IMG/VR virus record: IMGVR_UViG_3300007735_000756
Coordinates: 1 to 54,371 of that record
Origin: a virus
Lineage: Duplodnaviria > Caudoviricetes
Length of the DNA stretch: 54,371 nt
Direction: 5' to 3' (one strand)
A model generated the notes under the pieces. The model was not told where the DNA came from. It ran no database searches and saw only the letters and a program-made list of their open reading frames with translations. The translations under genes were made by a program, and so were the position numbers. Of this stretch, positions 26,132 through 38,186 are shown piece by piece; the stretch's first letter is position 1; every line of letters starts with the position of its first letter.

Positions 26132-29100
26132 TGACAGAAACGAGAATCAAGTTCAGTAACATCGTACAAAATCAACTTCCTTCTTATGTTAGGGAAGAAT
26201 ATCCACTAGTTTCTGAATTCTTATCCCAGTATTACATATCACAGGAGTTTCAAGGTGCTCCAATTGACTTAATACAAAATATTGACAAATATATAAAAAT
26301 TGATGAACAGACAAATCAGGTTGATAGTGCAGTCTTATTGTCTGATGTGTCGATTGTTGATGATACAGTTTATGTATCTTTTGAGAATCCATCAAATGGG
26401 ACATATGGATTTCCAGATTCATATGGATTGATTAAAATTGATGATGAAATTATTACATATACTGGAAAAACAGATGGTTCTTTTACTGGTTGTATAAGAG
26501 GTTTTAGTGGTATTGATTCTTATACCAAGCAAAATAATCCAGATGAATTACTATTTTCTTCATCAGAAGTTGCAGATCATTTTTCTGGGGCAACTATTAC
26601 CAATCTAAGTTCTTTGTTTTTGAAGGAATTTTTAATTAAGTCAAAGCATCAATTACTTCCAGGATTTGATAATAGATCTCTTTATACAAATTTGAATCAA
26701 TCTATTTTCATTAAACAATCTCAGGATTTTTATCGGAGTAAGGGAACAGACGAATCTTTTAGAATTTTATTTAATGTTCTCTATGGAGAAGATGCATCAA
26801 TAATTCGTCCAAAAGAAAATCTTTTTAGACCATCAGATGCAAAATATACAATAACCAAAGATTTAGTTGTTGAAAGTATTTCTGGTGATCCAGAAAATCT
26901 CACAAATTCTACATTACTTCAAGACACTTATATTAATATTCCCAAGGCATATGCGCCAATTACAAAGGTTGAAAAATTAATATCAGATACTGGTAAACCA
27001 TATTATAAATTGAGTCTTGATGGTGGGTACAATAGAGATATTAATGTAGATGGATCAGTATATGGAAATTTCTCCGTTCATCCAAAGACAAAATTGATCG
27101 GACAAGTTTCTATTGGAACTACAGTATTGTGTGTAGATTCAACCGTTGGATTTCCTCCAAGTGGAGAATTGCTGGTATATTATACTGACAATACGACTGG
27201 AGTTGTATCCTACTCTTCAAAGTCATTAAATCAATTTTTCGAGTGTCAAAATTTATCAGGAACAGTTGCTGATGGTTCAAATGTTGGAATTAACACTTAT
27301 GCGTATAGTCAAGTAGTTGCCGGAACAACAACAGAAACTATCAAAGTAAGAATTAATTCCGTTTTAAGCAATCTTGATATTGTTGATGATACTTATTACT
27401 ATAGTGCTGGTGATACTGCGGTAATTAAGACTCTTGGGGTAAATGAAAAAAATTCTCCCTCAAATAATTGGTTATTCAATATTGCAACTTCATATGATGT
27501 AATAGCAATATCATTAATCAATAGTTTAGATAATACTTATGATATTGTAACTGGAACAGATCATACTTTTAAAATTGGAGATAGTTTATCAATCATTGAT
27601 GAAAACAATACAGAAAAAACTTCAACAATTATTGATATTACATCCTCAAAATCGCTATCAATAAGGGGACAAGGAAAATTATCTCCAACATCTTATTATA
27701 CAATAAAAAGAAATTTATCAAAAGTAAATTCGTTAAACTTCCCATCAACTTCGGTGGTAAATGCAGATGTTCAAAACATATATAAAATTAAGGATAGAAT
27801 ATTAGTTGCATCTCCATCACTGCCATATTATAATGAACAATCTCTCGAAGTTACAGATAGATCTTTAATTTTTTCTGGAACATATAGCGGTGACACTTTT
27901 AATATATCATCTTCAAAAGATCACGGATTTTATACTGGCGATTTAATTTATTATGCTCCAGAAAAAGTTATCGTTTCCTCGACAGATTCTGATGGAAATA
28001 TTAAAGATAATGAAGTTACACGGAGTTACTTATTTGATGAAGGAATATATTATATAAAAAGAGTAAGTTCAACTAGTGTTAAATTTGCAAAGAGTGAATC
28101 AGATATATTAAATTCAAATTTTGTATCTGTAAGCAGCGCAACCACTGTTACAAATAATAAGTTAGAACTATACAATCTCAAATCAAAAACTTTAAAATCA
28201 CAAAAACTCTTAAGAGAAATTTCCTCCTCTGAAAGTGATGGTGAGTTATATCCAACAAATCCCGGATTAACGGGAATATTAATTAATGGTGTTGAAATTT
28301 TAAATTATAAATCAAAAGATATAGTTTATTCTGGACCACTTGAAGATATTCAAGTGATTTCTTCTGGATCCGGATATGATGTAATCAATCCACCAGTTTT
28401 AAATATTACCGATTCTGTTGGAAGTGGAGCTACCGGATATTGTGCAGTAAACGGAAGTTTGAGTGAAATTAGGATTATAAATCCTGGTTTTGATTACGAA
28501 GAAACTCCGATTATCAATATTACAGGTGGTAATGGAGTTAATGCAGTGGCATTAGCAAATATGAAAATGATAACTCATCAAGCATCATTTAACTCTCAAG
28601 GAAATGCTGCACTTATTGGATTGGGAAGTACTTTATCTACTATTGGATTTACTACTTATCATAAATTCAGAAATGTAGAAAAAGTCATTTACCGAACAAA
28701 TGGAGAAAAATCAGTAGGTGGTTTGTCAACAGATTCATCATACTATGTTTCTGTACAGTCTCCACATATCATAAAATTACATAATACATTAAATGATTCC
28801 GTATCCGGAATTAACACTGTTACCTTAACTTCTTACGGCACAGGAAATCATACTATTGAATCCTTTAATAAGAAGTCAATTCTGGGATCAATCAACATAG
28901 TTAACTCTGGAAGTAACTATGAGAACAAAAAAAGAACCGCACAGCATACCGGAGTAAGTACATCATTAAATTCCATTGAATTAAAAAGTCACGATTTTAA
29001 ATCTGGAGAGATTGTAAAATATACAACAGAAGGTACATCAATCGGAGGACTAACGACAAATACGAATTATTATATTACAAAAATTGATTCAGATAGTTTT

Positions 29101-32100
29101 AAATTATCCCAAGTAGGTTCTGGAGATACAACTAAAGAATTTTATTACCAAACAAATCAATATGTTGAGTTTAGTTCTGTTGGATTTGGAACACATATAT
29201 TCAATTATCCAGATATTTCAGTAGAGGTTATTGGAAGAATTGGCATCTCTTCTACTAATGGCGAAACATTCCAGGCAGTAGTTCAACCTATTTTTAGGGG
29301 AAATATTACATCAGTACATTTATCTTCCGGTGGAACCGGTTATGGTGCTGAAATATTAAATTATAATAGATTGCCATTAATTTCTTTAGATAGTGGTTCT
29401 GGTGGACAACTTACTCCAGTTATCTCCAATGGGAAAATTGTTGAAGTTCTTATTAATAATCCAGGAAAAAATTATAATTCTCCTCCAAATTTATCTGTTA
29501 CTGGTGGAGTCGGAGCAATTTTAACACCAGTCTTGCAGAATGGACAAATTGTATCTGTAAAAGTATCCGATGGGGGAGCAGGATACACTTCGAGTGGATC
29601 ATCAATAAGAATAACTCCTGCAGGATCTTCGTCTATATTACTACCAAAAATAACTTCCTGGACAGTCAATCTTTTTCAAAAATATCTGAATAATATTACT
29701 GGTGATGATGGTTTTTTAACTGAAGGAATTAATTCCGAATATGAACTACAATATGCACATTTATACGCTCCAAGAAAACTAAGAGAAGTAATTTATTCGG
29801 TAGATTCTAGTGGTAAAATTTTATACGGAAATGGAAAAACAGACCTAAAAAAAGTCAATAATATTGAAATTCAATCTTCAGATCATTCACCAATTATTGG
29901 ATGGGCTTATGATGGAAATCCAATTTATGGTCCATATGGATATGTTACAAAACAAGGTGGTACAGTAACCCAAATGAAATCTGGGTATGTAGAGTATCTA
30001 AAATCAAATAGACCTTCTGTAAGTGAATTTCCTTTTGGATTTTTTATTGAAGATTATGCTCATTTCAATGTTAGTGATGAAACTGTTTTAGACGAAAATA
30101 ATGGAAGATTCTGCGTAACACCGGAATTTCCAAATGGAACTTATGCATATTTTGCAACTGTTAGTAATTCGTCTGCAGATTCCTCAGGTGTTTTTGCAAA
30201 ATATAAAAAACCAATTTTTCCATATTTGATTGGAGAAAATTACAAATCAAAACCGAACGAGTTTAATTTTAAAAAATTATCAAATCAAGACAATATAAAT
30301 CTAAATGATAGTACTTGGGTAAGAAATACTCAACCATACAATTTAATTGATGATAATGCTTCATATGATTATTTGACAATTCCAAATCTTTTGAATCAGA
30401 CTGTAGACATTAAAAATTGTTTACCCGGATTTATTGAAAATATTGGAATAGTAACTGGAGGTAATAATTATAAAATTAATGATTCTGTAGTATTTGATAA
30501 CTCGGGAACAAGTGGATATAATGCATCTGCAAAAGTTTCAAGATTGGAGGGAAAACAAGTAAATTCTGTTAGTGTAGCTACCAGTACAATTTATAATGTG
30601 GAATTATATCCATCAAACAGTAATGGATCTATTCTTATCTACTCACAAAATCCACACAACTTTACCAATGATGATATTATAACAGTTTCTGGATTAAATA
30701 CAACTTCTTCACTGATTGAAGGATCTTATCAAGTTGGTATTTCTACCTTAAACACACTAGTACTTACTGCCGGTGTTGGAACAACAGGTGCAACAGGATT
30801 AGTAACTTATTTTTCTGTTAGAGGAAATTTGAATGAAAAAAATATCAGAGAAAATGATATCTTTACTATAGGAACAGAAAAAATAAAGATTTTGAATATA
30901 GATTCTTTGTCGTCAAGAATTAGAGTCTTAAGATCTACTGATAGCTCAACAGGATCTGCACATACTGCAACAGAACTTTTATATGAAAATTCAAGGAAAC
31001 TCACAATAAACACCAGATTTAAAACCGCATATGATTCTATTGTCAATAAACAAATATATTTCAATCCTATAGAATCTGTAGGGTTAGGTACTATCTCTGG
31101 AGTTGGAATTGGTACGACATTATCATTCTCAAATCCAGGTGCTGGAATCACCCAAATTTTTATTCCAACCAAAACAATTTATATTCCAAAACATAATCTT
31201 GAAACAGGAGATCAACTTACATATTCATCAAATGGTGGTGCTGTTATTGGCGTTTCTACAAACGGAATTTCTACTTCGGTTACTCTTTCAAATCAATCCA
31301 CACTATATGTTGCAAAAATTTCAGATGATTTAATTGGAATTTCTACAGTAAAAGTTGGAGTCGGATCTACTGGCACATTTGTCGGAATTACATCTACAAC
31401 AAATGGTTTAGGAACTTTATATTTTACTGGTATTGGATCTGGAACTAATCATAGTTTTCAAACAAATTATTCTACTATTAGTGGACAAATTTCCAGAAAT
31501 ATTGTCACAGTTTCTGTTGCAGAAACTCACGGTCTGCAAAATAATGACAATGTTTATATTGACGTAAACCCATCAATATCAACCACATTTACTATTAAGT
31601 ATAATGATTACAATAGAAAATTACTTGTAAATCCGAAAGATTTTTCAGCAGTTGGAATCAATACAGTTGATGATTCAATATCAATTACAAATCACAATTT
31701 TACAAAGGGACAAAAAGTAGTTCATACTTCATCTTCCCCATCTGGGGGATTGCAAAATAATGAAATTTATTATGTAGTTATTGTTGACAATAATAATATT
31801 AAACTTTCTGATAGTTATCATAGTGCTATTAGTTTAAATCCAGAGATTGTGGGTATTACTAGTTCATCAAATGGAACTCTTTCTGCAGTCAATCCACCAA
31901 TTGTGGGTTATAGAGATTCTCAAGTATCATTTGATCTCTCAGATTCTTCACTTTCATATATCAATCAAGGAAATCTTTATCCAGCATTCAATTTAAATCT
32001 TTATAAAGATTCAAATTTCACTCAAGAATTCAATTCTACAGAGAAAACTGATCAATTTGAAGTTATGAGATATGGAACCGTCGGTGTTACTACCGATGCG

Positions 32101-35100
32101 AAGGTAGTTCTATCCATTAACAATCATATTCCAGAAAAACTTTATTATACATTAACTCCCATCTATGATAACTCATTACCACCAATCAAAGAAGAAATAA
32201 ATATAGATTCTTCTGTATTTGCAAATAATGAGATTCAAATTAAGGTAAGTGGTTATAATGGACAACACAATGTAACCGTTGCTTCCACGTCAGAATTCAC
32301 ATACAGTGTGGCAGAAACACCAGAATCAGTTTCATATGCTTCAAGCACAAGTGCATCTATATTAAAATATTATACTGATTCTACATATGCTTATGGTCCA
32401 GTTTCAAAAATTAATATTTTAAACAAAGGTCAAAACTATTACTCTCTACCAGCAATATCTACAATCAATTCTGATACCGGATCTGGCGCATTATTGGAGG
32501 CACATAGCACAACAATAGGGAAAATAAATAAAACTCAAATTAAAGATATTGGATTTGATTTTCCTTGCGATCATACAGTTAGACCAAGCGTTTCTCTTCC
32601 TCAAATTGCAAAAGTTGAACCTTTAGCATCATTTGATTCTATTGGAATTTCCTCCTTTGGTAGGGGTTATGGTTCTGCGCCAAAATTAATAGTTTTAGAT
32701 GGAAAAACTAATCAAGTTGTTCCTGAAGTTGATTTAAGATATAATCTTGGTGATAATAAAGTAACAATATTAAAAAATGCTTATGGTTTGAATGATCTAC
32801 CTCCTACAATTATTCCGACGCAAAATTCAAATGGTGTTGGAATAAGTTCGGCATCTTTCAACAGCACAACTAATGATGTAACGATTACTCTATCTGTAGG
32901 ATTTAGTACTGCAGATTCTTTCCCATTTGCAATAAATGATAAGGTTTTAATTGAAAATATTAGTAGTGGAATTGGTTCAACTTCTAGAGGATACAATTCG
33001 GAAAATTATGAATATCAATTATTCACGATCAATTATGTTGATTCAAATCTTGGTGGAAATAACGCCACCATAAGATACAGTTTAAATGGATTTTTAAATT
33101 CTGGAGAAATTCCAGGAACATACGACTCAACAAATTCATCGGGAAGAATTATTCCACAGAAATATTTTCCAATATTCAATCCAGTTTTAAAGAAAAATAA
33201 TTTTATTATTGGGGAAAAAGTTAATTCTACTTCTTCCAGTGGATATGTTGGAAATTGGAATTCCAAAACAAATCAATTGAAAATAATTTCAAATAAAGAT
33301 TTTGTAGTTGGTGAAGTTATAGAAGGTTCTGTATCAAAAACTCAAGGAGTTACTTCTTCTATTGATAAATTTGATTCTTTTTTTGATATGGATTCAAAAT
33401 CCACAGTAATACTGGGATGGCAAACTCAAGCAGGATTCTTAAATACAAATTCACAAAAACTTCAGGATGGTGAGTATTATCAGAATTTTTCATATTCGGT
33501 AAAATCAAGAATAGATTATGACACTTGGAAAGATGCTGTAAGTACTTTAAATCATACTTTAGGATTTAGAAAATATGCAGATTATCAATTAGAATCATCC
33601 GCATCAAATTCAATGGTGGTTGGATTTTCAACATATCTCACTTCAGTCGAAGTTATAAATGACATAGTTGAAGTTGTTGATTTAAATTGTGTTTATGATT
33701 TTGATTTGGTAAAAGAAAATTCGATGAGGATTGGATCTTCTATATTTTCGGATGAAGTAACCTTCTCAAGCAGAATATTGACAGATTATTTTGAGTCAGT
33801 TGGCAATAGAGTTTTGTCTATTGATGATATAAGTCCAAAATTTAATAGTAATCCTAGAGAAACAAGATTTAGTGAAGTGCATAGATTTAATCTTACAGAT
33901 GGAAGAGCACAAAAATATATTACTTATGTTAGAGATAGAAGATATACTTCGCAAAGGCAGACAATGCTTTTAACTCTTATACACGATGATTCTATTGGAT
34001 ATATTGATCAATACGGTAGAGTTGAATCTACATATGATTTGGGTTCATTTGATTTTGCGGTTGAAGGTACAGAAGGTGTCATATTATTTTATCCATCAAA
34101 ATATTCTGTAAATGATTATGACATATCCACATTATCATACAATTTGAGGGATAGTCTTTCTGGTGTTGGTACGTCTAGTTTTGGCAATATTGTTGATTTG
34201 AAAACAAGCAGTGTTGCTGTTTCTTCTGGATCAACTACAATTGTTGGTATTGCAAGTACATATACATCGGCAAAAGTCTTAGTTGAAATTACTGGTTCAA
34301 ATGGTGATTATCAATTTGATGAGTTAAATATTTTACATAATGGAACAACGATTGAGTTTATAGACTATGGTCAATTGACAACTATATCACAGGAAATATA
34401 TTCAAGTTCTGGTCTTGGTACATATTACCCATATTTCTCAGGATCTCAATTAAAAATTGATTTTACTCCAAATGTTGGTGTAGCAGCGACAATCAATACA
34501 ATTCAAGTTGCTATTGCAAATACACTCTCGTCTGGTATTGGAACTTTTGATATGAAGCACGCTCGCTTACAAGCAACTTCAACATCAATTGCATCATCAA
34601 CTTCTCCAGTAGCAACAGTAATTGCAGAGTATCCCGAAGAATATGATTGTGCATATGCTGTACTTCAAGTTTCAGATACAACCAATAATAGACATCAATT
34701 GTCCGAACTTGTAATATTGGATGATGGATCAGAAACTTATATCGCAGAATATGCAAATATTGACACTTTCGGTGGTTCTGGACTTGGAACTGTAGGATCT
34801 GCTACAACAACATCATCAACAAGATTGACATTTACACCACTAGCAAATATCAATGTGGAAGTGAAAATATTTTTTAATGCAATTAGATATCAAGATGATG
34901 ATAAGGATATTGTTAATTTTAATAACGCTAGTTTAGAAACTAATGATGGAGTATATTATGGAACTGAAAGAGATGTTAAAAAATCTTTTGACTTAACTCA
35001 CGATGGTTATGAAATATTCCAGAGATCTTTTGATGGAAGTAATTCTTCAATAGTTAATATTTCCACAAATACAATATCTTTACCAAATCATTTCTTTGTT

Positions 35101-38100
35101 ACTGGAGAAGAATTGGTATATACTAATGCTGGATCTGGAAGTACAACAGCAATTGGTATTGGAACTACAACTTTTGTAAGTGTTGGATCAACAGACAAGT
35201 TAGCAGCAAGTGTTTATGTTGTAAAATTAAACAATAATGATATTAAATTGGCAAGAAGTGCCGAAGATGCTCTGAAATTAGTTCCAGCAACCTTAGATTT
35301 TACAAGTGTTGGTATAGGTACCACACACTCATTTACTTCAAAAAATCAAAATGCAAAAGTTATAGTTGCAATTGATAATCTTATTCAATCACCCGTTGTT
35401 GCATCAAGTGTAACTACTATTTTATCAACTAATGCTTATAGCACAGATGATGTAATATATTTTTCGGGTATATCTTCATTCTTTGGTGGAGATTTGATTA
35501 AAGTTGGAAGTGAAATTATGAGAATTAATAGTGTTGGTGTTGGTAGTACTAATGCCATATGGGTTAGTAGACCATGGTTGGGAACTAGCATTGCCGGATA
35601 CTCTACTGGAACTTTAGTTACTAAGGTATCGGGAAATTATAATATCGTTGATAATACTCTCAATTTTACCGATGCGCCATATGGAAATATCCCAATAGTC
35701 ACAAGCAATCCAAATGAGAAAGATTGGTCTGGAGTATCAACATCTTCAAGTTTTCAGGGTAGAAGTTTTTTGAGATCAGGGACGCCAAATACAACCAATG
35801 AAACATATTATAAAAATTACATTTTTGATGATATTTCTTCTAATTTTAATGGAAATAAAAAAGATTTTACACTAAAATCAAATAATTCAAATTTAACTGG
35901 AATTACCAATGAAAACGCTGTCATTTTAATAAATGATATTTTCCAAGCACCTGGTTTATCTGCTGGATATACTCTATCAGAAAATGTTGGAATAACGTCA
36001 ATCAGTTTTGTTGGAACTGGAATTTCAGTTTCATATGATGCAAATATTTCAAATCTTCCAATTGGTGGAATTATTGTATCAGTTGGTTCATCCGAAGGGT
36101 TTGGATATCAACCACTTGTTTCTGCGGGTGGAACTGCCATAGTATCGGCAGCAGGCACCATATCATCTATCAGTATAGGAAATAGTGGTTCTGGATATAG
36201 AGTGGGCATACAGACCGTCAGAGTGGGCGTAGGAACTTCTACAACAGGAGTACCAAATATACAATTTATCGGAACTGCTTCAGTATCTAACGGTCATATT
36301 GTCAGCATTGCAATAACTAATCCTGGAGTTGGATATACTACATCTAATCCACCATATGTGTTCATTGATGATCCTCTTTCATATTCAGATATTCCACTAA
36401 TTTATAGTTCTTCTTCGGTAGGAATAGGAACTCAGGCAACAATTGATATAGTTGTTGGTCAAGGATCAAGTGTTATTGATTTTGAGTTGAAGAATACTGG
36501 ATATGGTTATATTTCTGGAGAAATTTTAACAATTCCAATCACATCTATTGCTGGAATTCCAACAACTTCCAGTGCAGGGTTTAGAGAATTCCAAATTAAC
36601 ATTCAAAATACATTTACGGATAATTTTGCTGGATGGTCTCTCGGTGAATTGCAGTCATTAGATAGTCTTGACAGTTTATTTGATGGAGAAAGAATCGTTT
36701 TCCCAATTTCATATCTTGGAAATTTAATTTCAATACGTTCTTCTAGAGGTTCTAATATTAACGTGCAGGATTCTATTCTTGTCTTTATTAATGACATACT
36801 TCAAGAACCAGGAAAAGGATACATTTTTCCAGGAGGAAGTTCAATAACATTTACCGAACCTCCAAAAGTTGGCGATACTTCAAAAATTATTTTCTATAAG
36901 GGAAGTGGTTCTATTGACGTTATTGAAAGAAATATTTTAGAAACTGTAAAGATTGGTGACGAATTGACTCTTGGATACGATTCGTCAATCGGGCAAAGTT
37001 CAACATTACAAGAAGATTCTAGAACTGTTACGAGTATTAATTCAACTGACTTATTAAATACAAATCCATATTTTGGTCCAGGAAATACCAGTGATGAGTC
37101 CCTTGTAAGAACCGTTGTGTGGTGTAGGCAATCTGAAGACAAAATTATTAATGAGAAAGAGGTTGGAAAAGACCGAATTCTTTATGAATCTCAAATTTAC
37201 CCATCATCATACCTTATACAATCTGTTGGAATTGGTTCCACTATTGCTTATGTTGATAGTATTAGACCATTCTTCAATTCAATAAATGAAAGTAATTCGT
37301 CACTATCTTTCCAAAAAGATGTTAGGTTATTATCTCAGAATTCTAAAGTGGCAGCGGCCGCAACAGCAACTGTATCTATTGCAGGAACAATATCTTCAAT
37401 AGTTATTTCTGACGGTGGAGTTGGGTATACAACTAATCCATCTGTAACTATCGAAAATCCTGTTGGTCTTGGAACTACTCAAAGAGCATCAGCATCAGCA
37501 TCAATTACTTCTGGTATTGTTACTTCAATAATTATAACTTCACCTGGAACAGGTTATAGTTATGTTGATCCACCACTTGTTTTGATTGAATTCCCACCAT
37601 TTACATTTGAAGATAATACTGCCAGTTCATATGAAGGTGATTTTGGTATTATAACAGGTATAGCAACAACTTCGGTTGGAGTTGCTTCAACTGGAATTGT
37701 ATTTGATTTTGTTATTCCATACAATTCCTTTCTCAGAAATTCTTCAATAACTGGTATAGTAACGGTTAGTGGAATTCAAACTGGATATTACTTCACGGTT
37801 TACAATTCAAATGTTGGTGGAGGAGTAACTTCACTTGATTCTTCAGGATCGACAGTTGGAATAGGAACCACTTTCTTGGATAATGTGTATCAAGTGGCAG
37901 CAGTTTCAATAGCACAAACATCTGCTGTTGGTTTTGGGATTACATATGTTGCAAAAGTAACTGTAAATGTTTCAAGTTATAATGGGTTAACAGGAATTGG
38001 ATATAGTAATTTTTATGGAGAATTTAGTTGGGGAAAAGTTTCTCTCGGATCTAGAGTCAAACAAAATTCATATGATGCTTATACATTGAATGGATTTACC

Positions 38101-38163
38101 GGTATCAGTACCGGAACAATTTTGAAAAGAACCAATTCTTTAAAGTATCTAAATTATTTGTGA
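26131..38163 (+). CDS. gp7: Giant baseplate wedge initiator (gp7-like, 4010 aa) with YHYH-like and repeated beta domains
   Basis: Between gp6 and gp8; FYRSKGTDES, YYQNFSYSVKS, G.GY...P repeats. Confidence 0.8.
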   Translation: MTETRIKFSNIVQNQLPSYVREEYPLVSEFLSQYYISQEFQGAPIDLIQNIDKYIKIDEQTNQVDSAVLLSDVSIVDDTVYVSFENPSNGTYGFPDSYGLIKIDDEIITYTGKTDGSFTGCIRGFSGIDSYTKQNNPDELLFSSSEVADHFSGATITNLSSLFLKEFLIKSKHQLLPGFDNRSLYTNLNQSIFIKQSQDFYRSKGTDESFRILFNVLYGEDASIIRPKENLFRPSDAKYTITKDLVVESISGDPENLTNSTLLQDTYINIPKAYAPITKVEKLISDTGKPYYKLSLDGGYNRDINVDGSVYGNFSVHPKTKLIGQVSIGTTVLCVDSTVGFPPSGELLVYYTDNTTGVVSYSSKSLNQFFECQNLSGTVADGSNVGINTYAYSQVVAGTTTETIKVRINSVLSNLDIVDDTYYYSAGDTAVIKTLGVNEKNSPSNNWLFNIATSYDVIAISLINSLDNTYDIVTGTDHTFKIGDSLSIIDENNTEKTSTIIDITSSKSLSIRGQGKLSPTSYYTIKRNLSKVNSLNFPSTSVVNADVQNIYKIKDRILVASPSLPYYNEQSLEVTDRSLIFSGTYSGDTFNISSSKDHGFYTGDLIYYAPEKVIVSSTDSDGNIKDNEVTRSYLFDEGIYYIKRVSSTSVKFAKSESDILNSNFVSVSSATTVTNNKLELYNLKSKTLKSQKLLREISSSESDGELYPTNPGLTGILINGVEILNYKSKDIVYSGPLEDIQVISSGSGYDVINPPVLNITDSVGSGATGYCAVNGSLSEIRIINPGFDYEETPIINITGGNGVNAVALANMKMITHQASFNSQGNAALIGLGSTLSTIGFTTYHKFRNVEKVIYRTNGEKSVGGLSTDSSYYVSVQSPHIIKLHNTLNDSVSGINTVTLTSYGTGNHTIESFNKKSILGSINIVNSGSNYENKKRTAQHTGVSTSLNSIELKSHDFKSGEIVKYTTEGTSIGGLTTNTNYYITKIDSDSFKLSQVGSGDTTKEFYYQTNQYVEFSSVGFGTHIFNYPDISVEVIGRIGISSTNGETFQAVVQPIFRGNITSVHLSSGGTGYGAEILNYNRLPLISLDSGSGGQLTPVISNGKIVEVLINNPGKNYNSPPNLSVTGGVGAILTPVLQNGQIVSVKVSDGGAGYTSSGSSIRITPAGSSSILLPKITSWTVNLFQKYLNNITGDDGFLTEGINSEYELQYAHLYAPRKLREVIYSVDSSGKILYGNGKTDLKKVNNIEIQSSDHSPIIGWAYDGNPIYGPYGYVTKQGGTVTQMKSGYVEYLKSNRPSVSEFPFGFFIEDYAHFNVSDETVLDENNGRFCVTPEFPNGTYAYFATVSNSSADSSGVFAKYKKPIFPYLIGENYKSKPNEFNFKKLSNQDNINLNDSTWVRNTQPYNLIDDNASYDYLTIPNLLNQTVDIKNCLPGFIENIGIVTGGNNYKINDSVVFDNSGTSGYNASAKVSRLEGKQVNSVSVATSTIYNVELYPSNSNGSILIYSQNPHNFTNDDIITVSGLNTTSSLIEGSYQVGISTLNTLVLTAGVGTTGATGLVTYFSVRGNLNEKNIRENDIFTIGTEKIKILNIDSLSSRIRVLRSTDSSTGSAHTATELLYENSRKLTINTRFKTAYDSIVNKQIYFNPIESVGLGTISGVGIGTTLSFSNPGAGITQIFIPTKTIYIPKHNLETGDQLTYSSNGGAVIGVSTNGISTSVTLSNQSTLYVAKISDDLIGISTVKVGVGSTGTFVGITSTTNGLGTLYFTGIGSGTNHSFQTNYSTISGQISRNIVTVSVAETHGLQNNDNVYIDVNPSISTTFTIKYNDYNRKLLVNPKDFSAVGINTVDDSISITNHNFTKGQKVVHTSSSPSGGLQNNEIYYVVIVDNNNIKLSDSYHSAISLNPEIVGITSSSNGTLSAVNPPIVGYRDSQVSFDLSDSSLSYINQGNLYPAFNLNLYKDSNFTQEFNSTEKTDQFEVMRYGTVGVTTDAKVVLSINNHIPEKLYYTLTPIYDNSLPPIKEEINIDSSVFANNEIQIKVSGYNGQHNVTVASTSEFTYSVAETPESVSYASSTSASILKYYTDSTYAYGPVSKINILNKGQNYYSLPAISTINSDTGSGALLEAHSTTIGKINKTQIKDIGFDFPCDHTVRPSVSLPQIAKVEPLASFDSIGISSFGRGYGSAPKLIVLDGKTNQVVPEVDLRYNLGDNKVTILKNAYGLNDLPPTIIPTQNSNGVGISSASFNSTTNDVTITLSVGFSTADSFPFAINDKVLIENISSGIGSTSRGYNSENYEYQLFTINYVDSNLGGNNATIRYSLNGFLNSGEIPGTYDSTNSSGRIIPQKYFPIFNPVLKKNNFIIGEKVNSTSSSGYVGNWNSKTNQLKIISNKDFVVGEVIEGSVSKTQGVTSSIDKFDSFFDMDSKSTVILGWQTQAGFLNTNSQKLQDGEYYQNFSYSVKSRIDYDTWKDAVSTLNHTLGFRKYADYQLESSASNSMVVGFSTYLTSVEVINDIVEVVDLNCVYDFDLVKENSMRIGSSIFSDEVTFSSRILTDYFESVGNRVLSIDDISPKFNSNPRETRFSEVHRFNLTDGRAQKYITYVRDRRYTSQRQTMLLTLIHDDSIGYIDQYGRVESTYDLGSFDFAVEGTEGVILFYPSKYSVNDYDISTLSYNLRDSLSGVGTSSFGNIVDLKTSSVAVSSGSTTIVGIASTYTSAKVLVEITGSNGDYQFDELNILHNGTTIEFIDYGQLTTISQEIYSSSGLGTYYPYFSGSQLKIDFTPNVGVAATINTIQVAIANTLSSGIGTFDMKHARLQATSTSIASSTSPVATVIAEYPEEYDCAYAVLQVSDTTNNRHQLSELVILDDGSETYIAEYANIDTFGGSGLGTVGSATTTSSTRLTFTPLANINVEVKIFFNAIRYQDDDKDIVNFNNASLETNDGVYYGTERDVKKSFDLTHDGYEIFQRSFDGSNSSIVNISTNTISLPNHFFVTGEELVYTNAGSGSTTAIGIGTTTFVSVGSTDKLAASVYVVKLNNNDIKLARSAEDALKLVPATLDFTSVGIGTTHSFTSKNQNAKVIVAIDNLIQSPVVASSVTTILSTNAYSTDDVIYFSGISSFFGGDLIKVGSEIMRINSVGVGSTNAIWVSRPWLGTSIAGYSTGTLVTKVSGNYNIVDNTLNFTDAPYGNIPIVTSNPNEKDWSGVSTSSSFQGRSFLRSGTPNTTNETYYKNYIFDDISSNFNGNKKDFTLKSNNSNLTGITNENAVILINDIFQAPGLSAGYTLSENVGITSISFVGTGISVSYDANISNLPIGGIIVSVGSSEGFGYQPLVSAGGTAIVSAAGTISSISIGNSGSGYRVGIQTVRVGVGTSTTGVPNIQFIGTASVSNGHIVSIAITNPGVGYTTSNPPYVFIDDPLSYSDIPLIYSSSSVGIGTQATIDIVVGQGSSVIDFELKNTGYGYISGEILTIPITSIAGIPTTSSAGFREFQINIQNTFTDNFAGWSLGELQSLDSLDSLFDGERIVFPISYLGNLISIRSSRGSNINVQDSILVFINDILQEPGKGYIFPGGSSITFTEPPKVGDTSKIIFYKGSGSIDVIERNILETVKIGDELTLGYDSSIGQSSTLQEDSRTVTSINSTDLLNTNPYFGPGNTSDESLVRTVVWCRQSEDKIINEKEVGKDRILYESQIYPSSYLIQSVGIGSTIAYVDSIRPFFNSINESNSSLSFQKDVRLLSQNSKVAAAATATVSIAGTISSIVISDGGVGYTTNPSVTIENPVGLGTTQRASASASITSGIVTSIIITSPGTGYSYVDPPLVLIEFPPFTFEDNTASSYEGDFGIITGIATTSVGVASTGIVFDFVIPYNSFLRNSSITGIVTVSGIQTGYYFTVYNSNVGGGVTSLDSSGSTVGIGTTFLDNVYQVAAVSIAQTSAVGFGITYVAKVTVNVSSYNGLTGIGYSNFYGEFSWGKVSLGSRVKQNSYDAYTLNGFTGISTGTILKRTNSLKYLNYL

Positions 38164-38186
38164 TAAATAGATAAAAAACTTATAAA

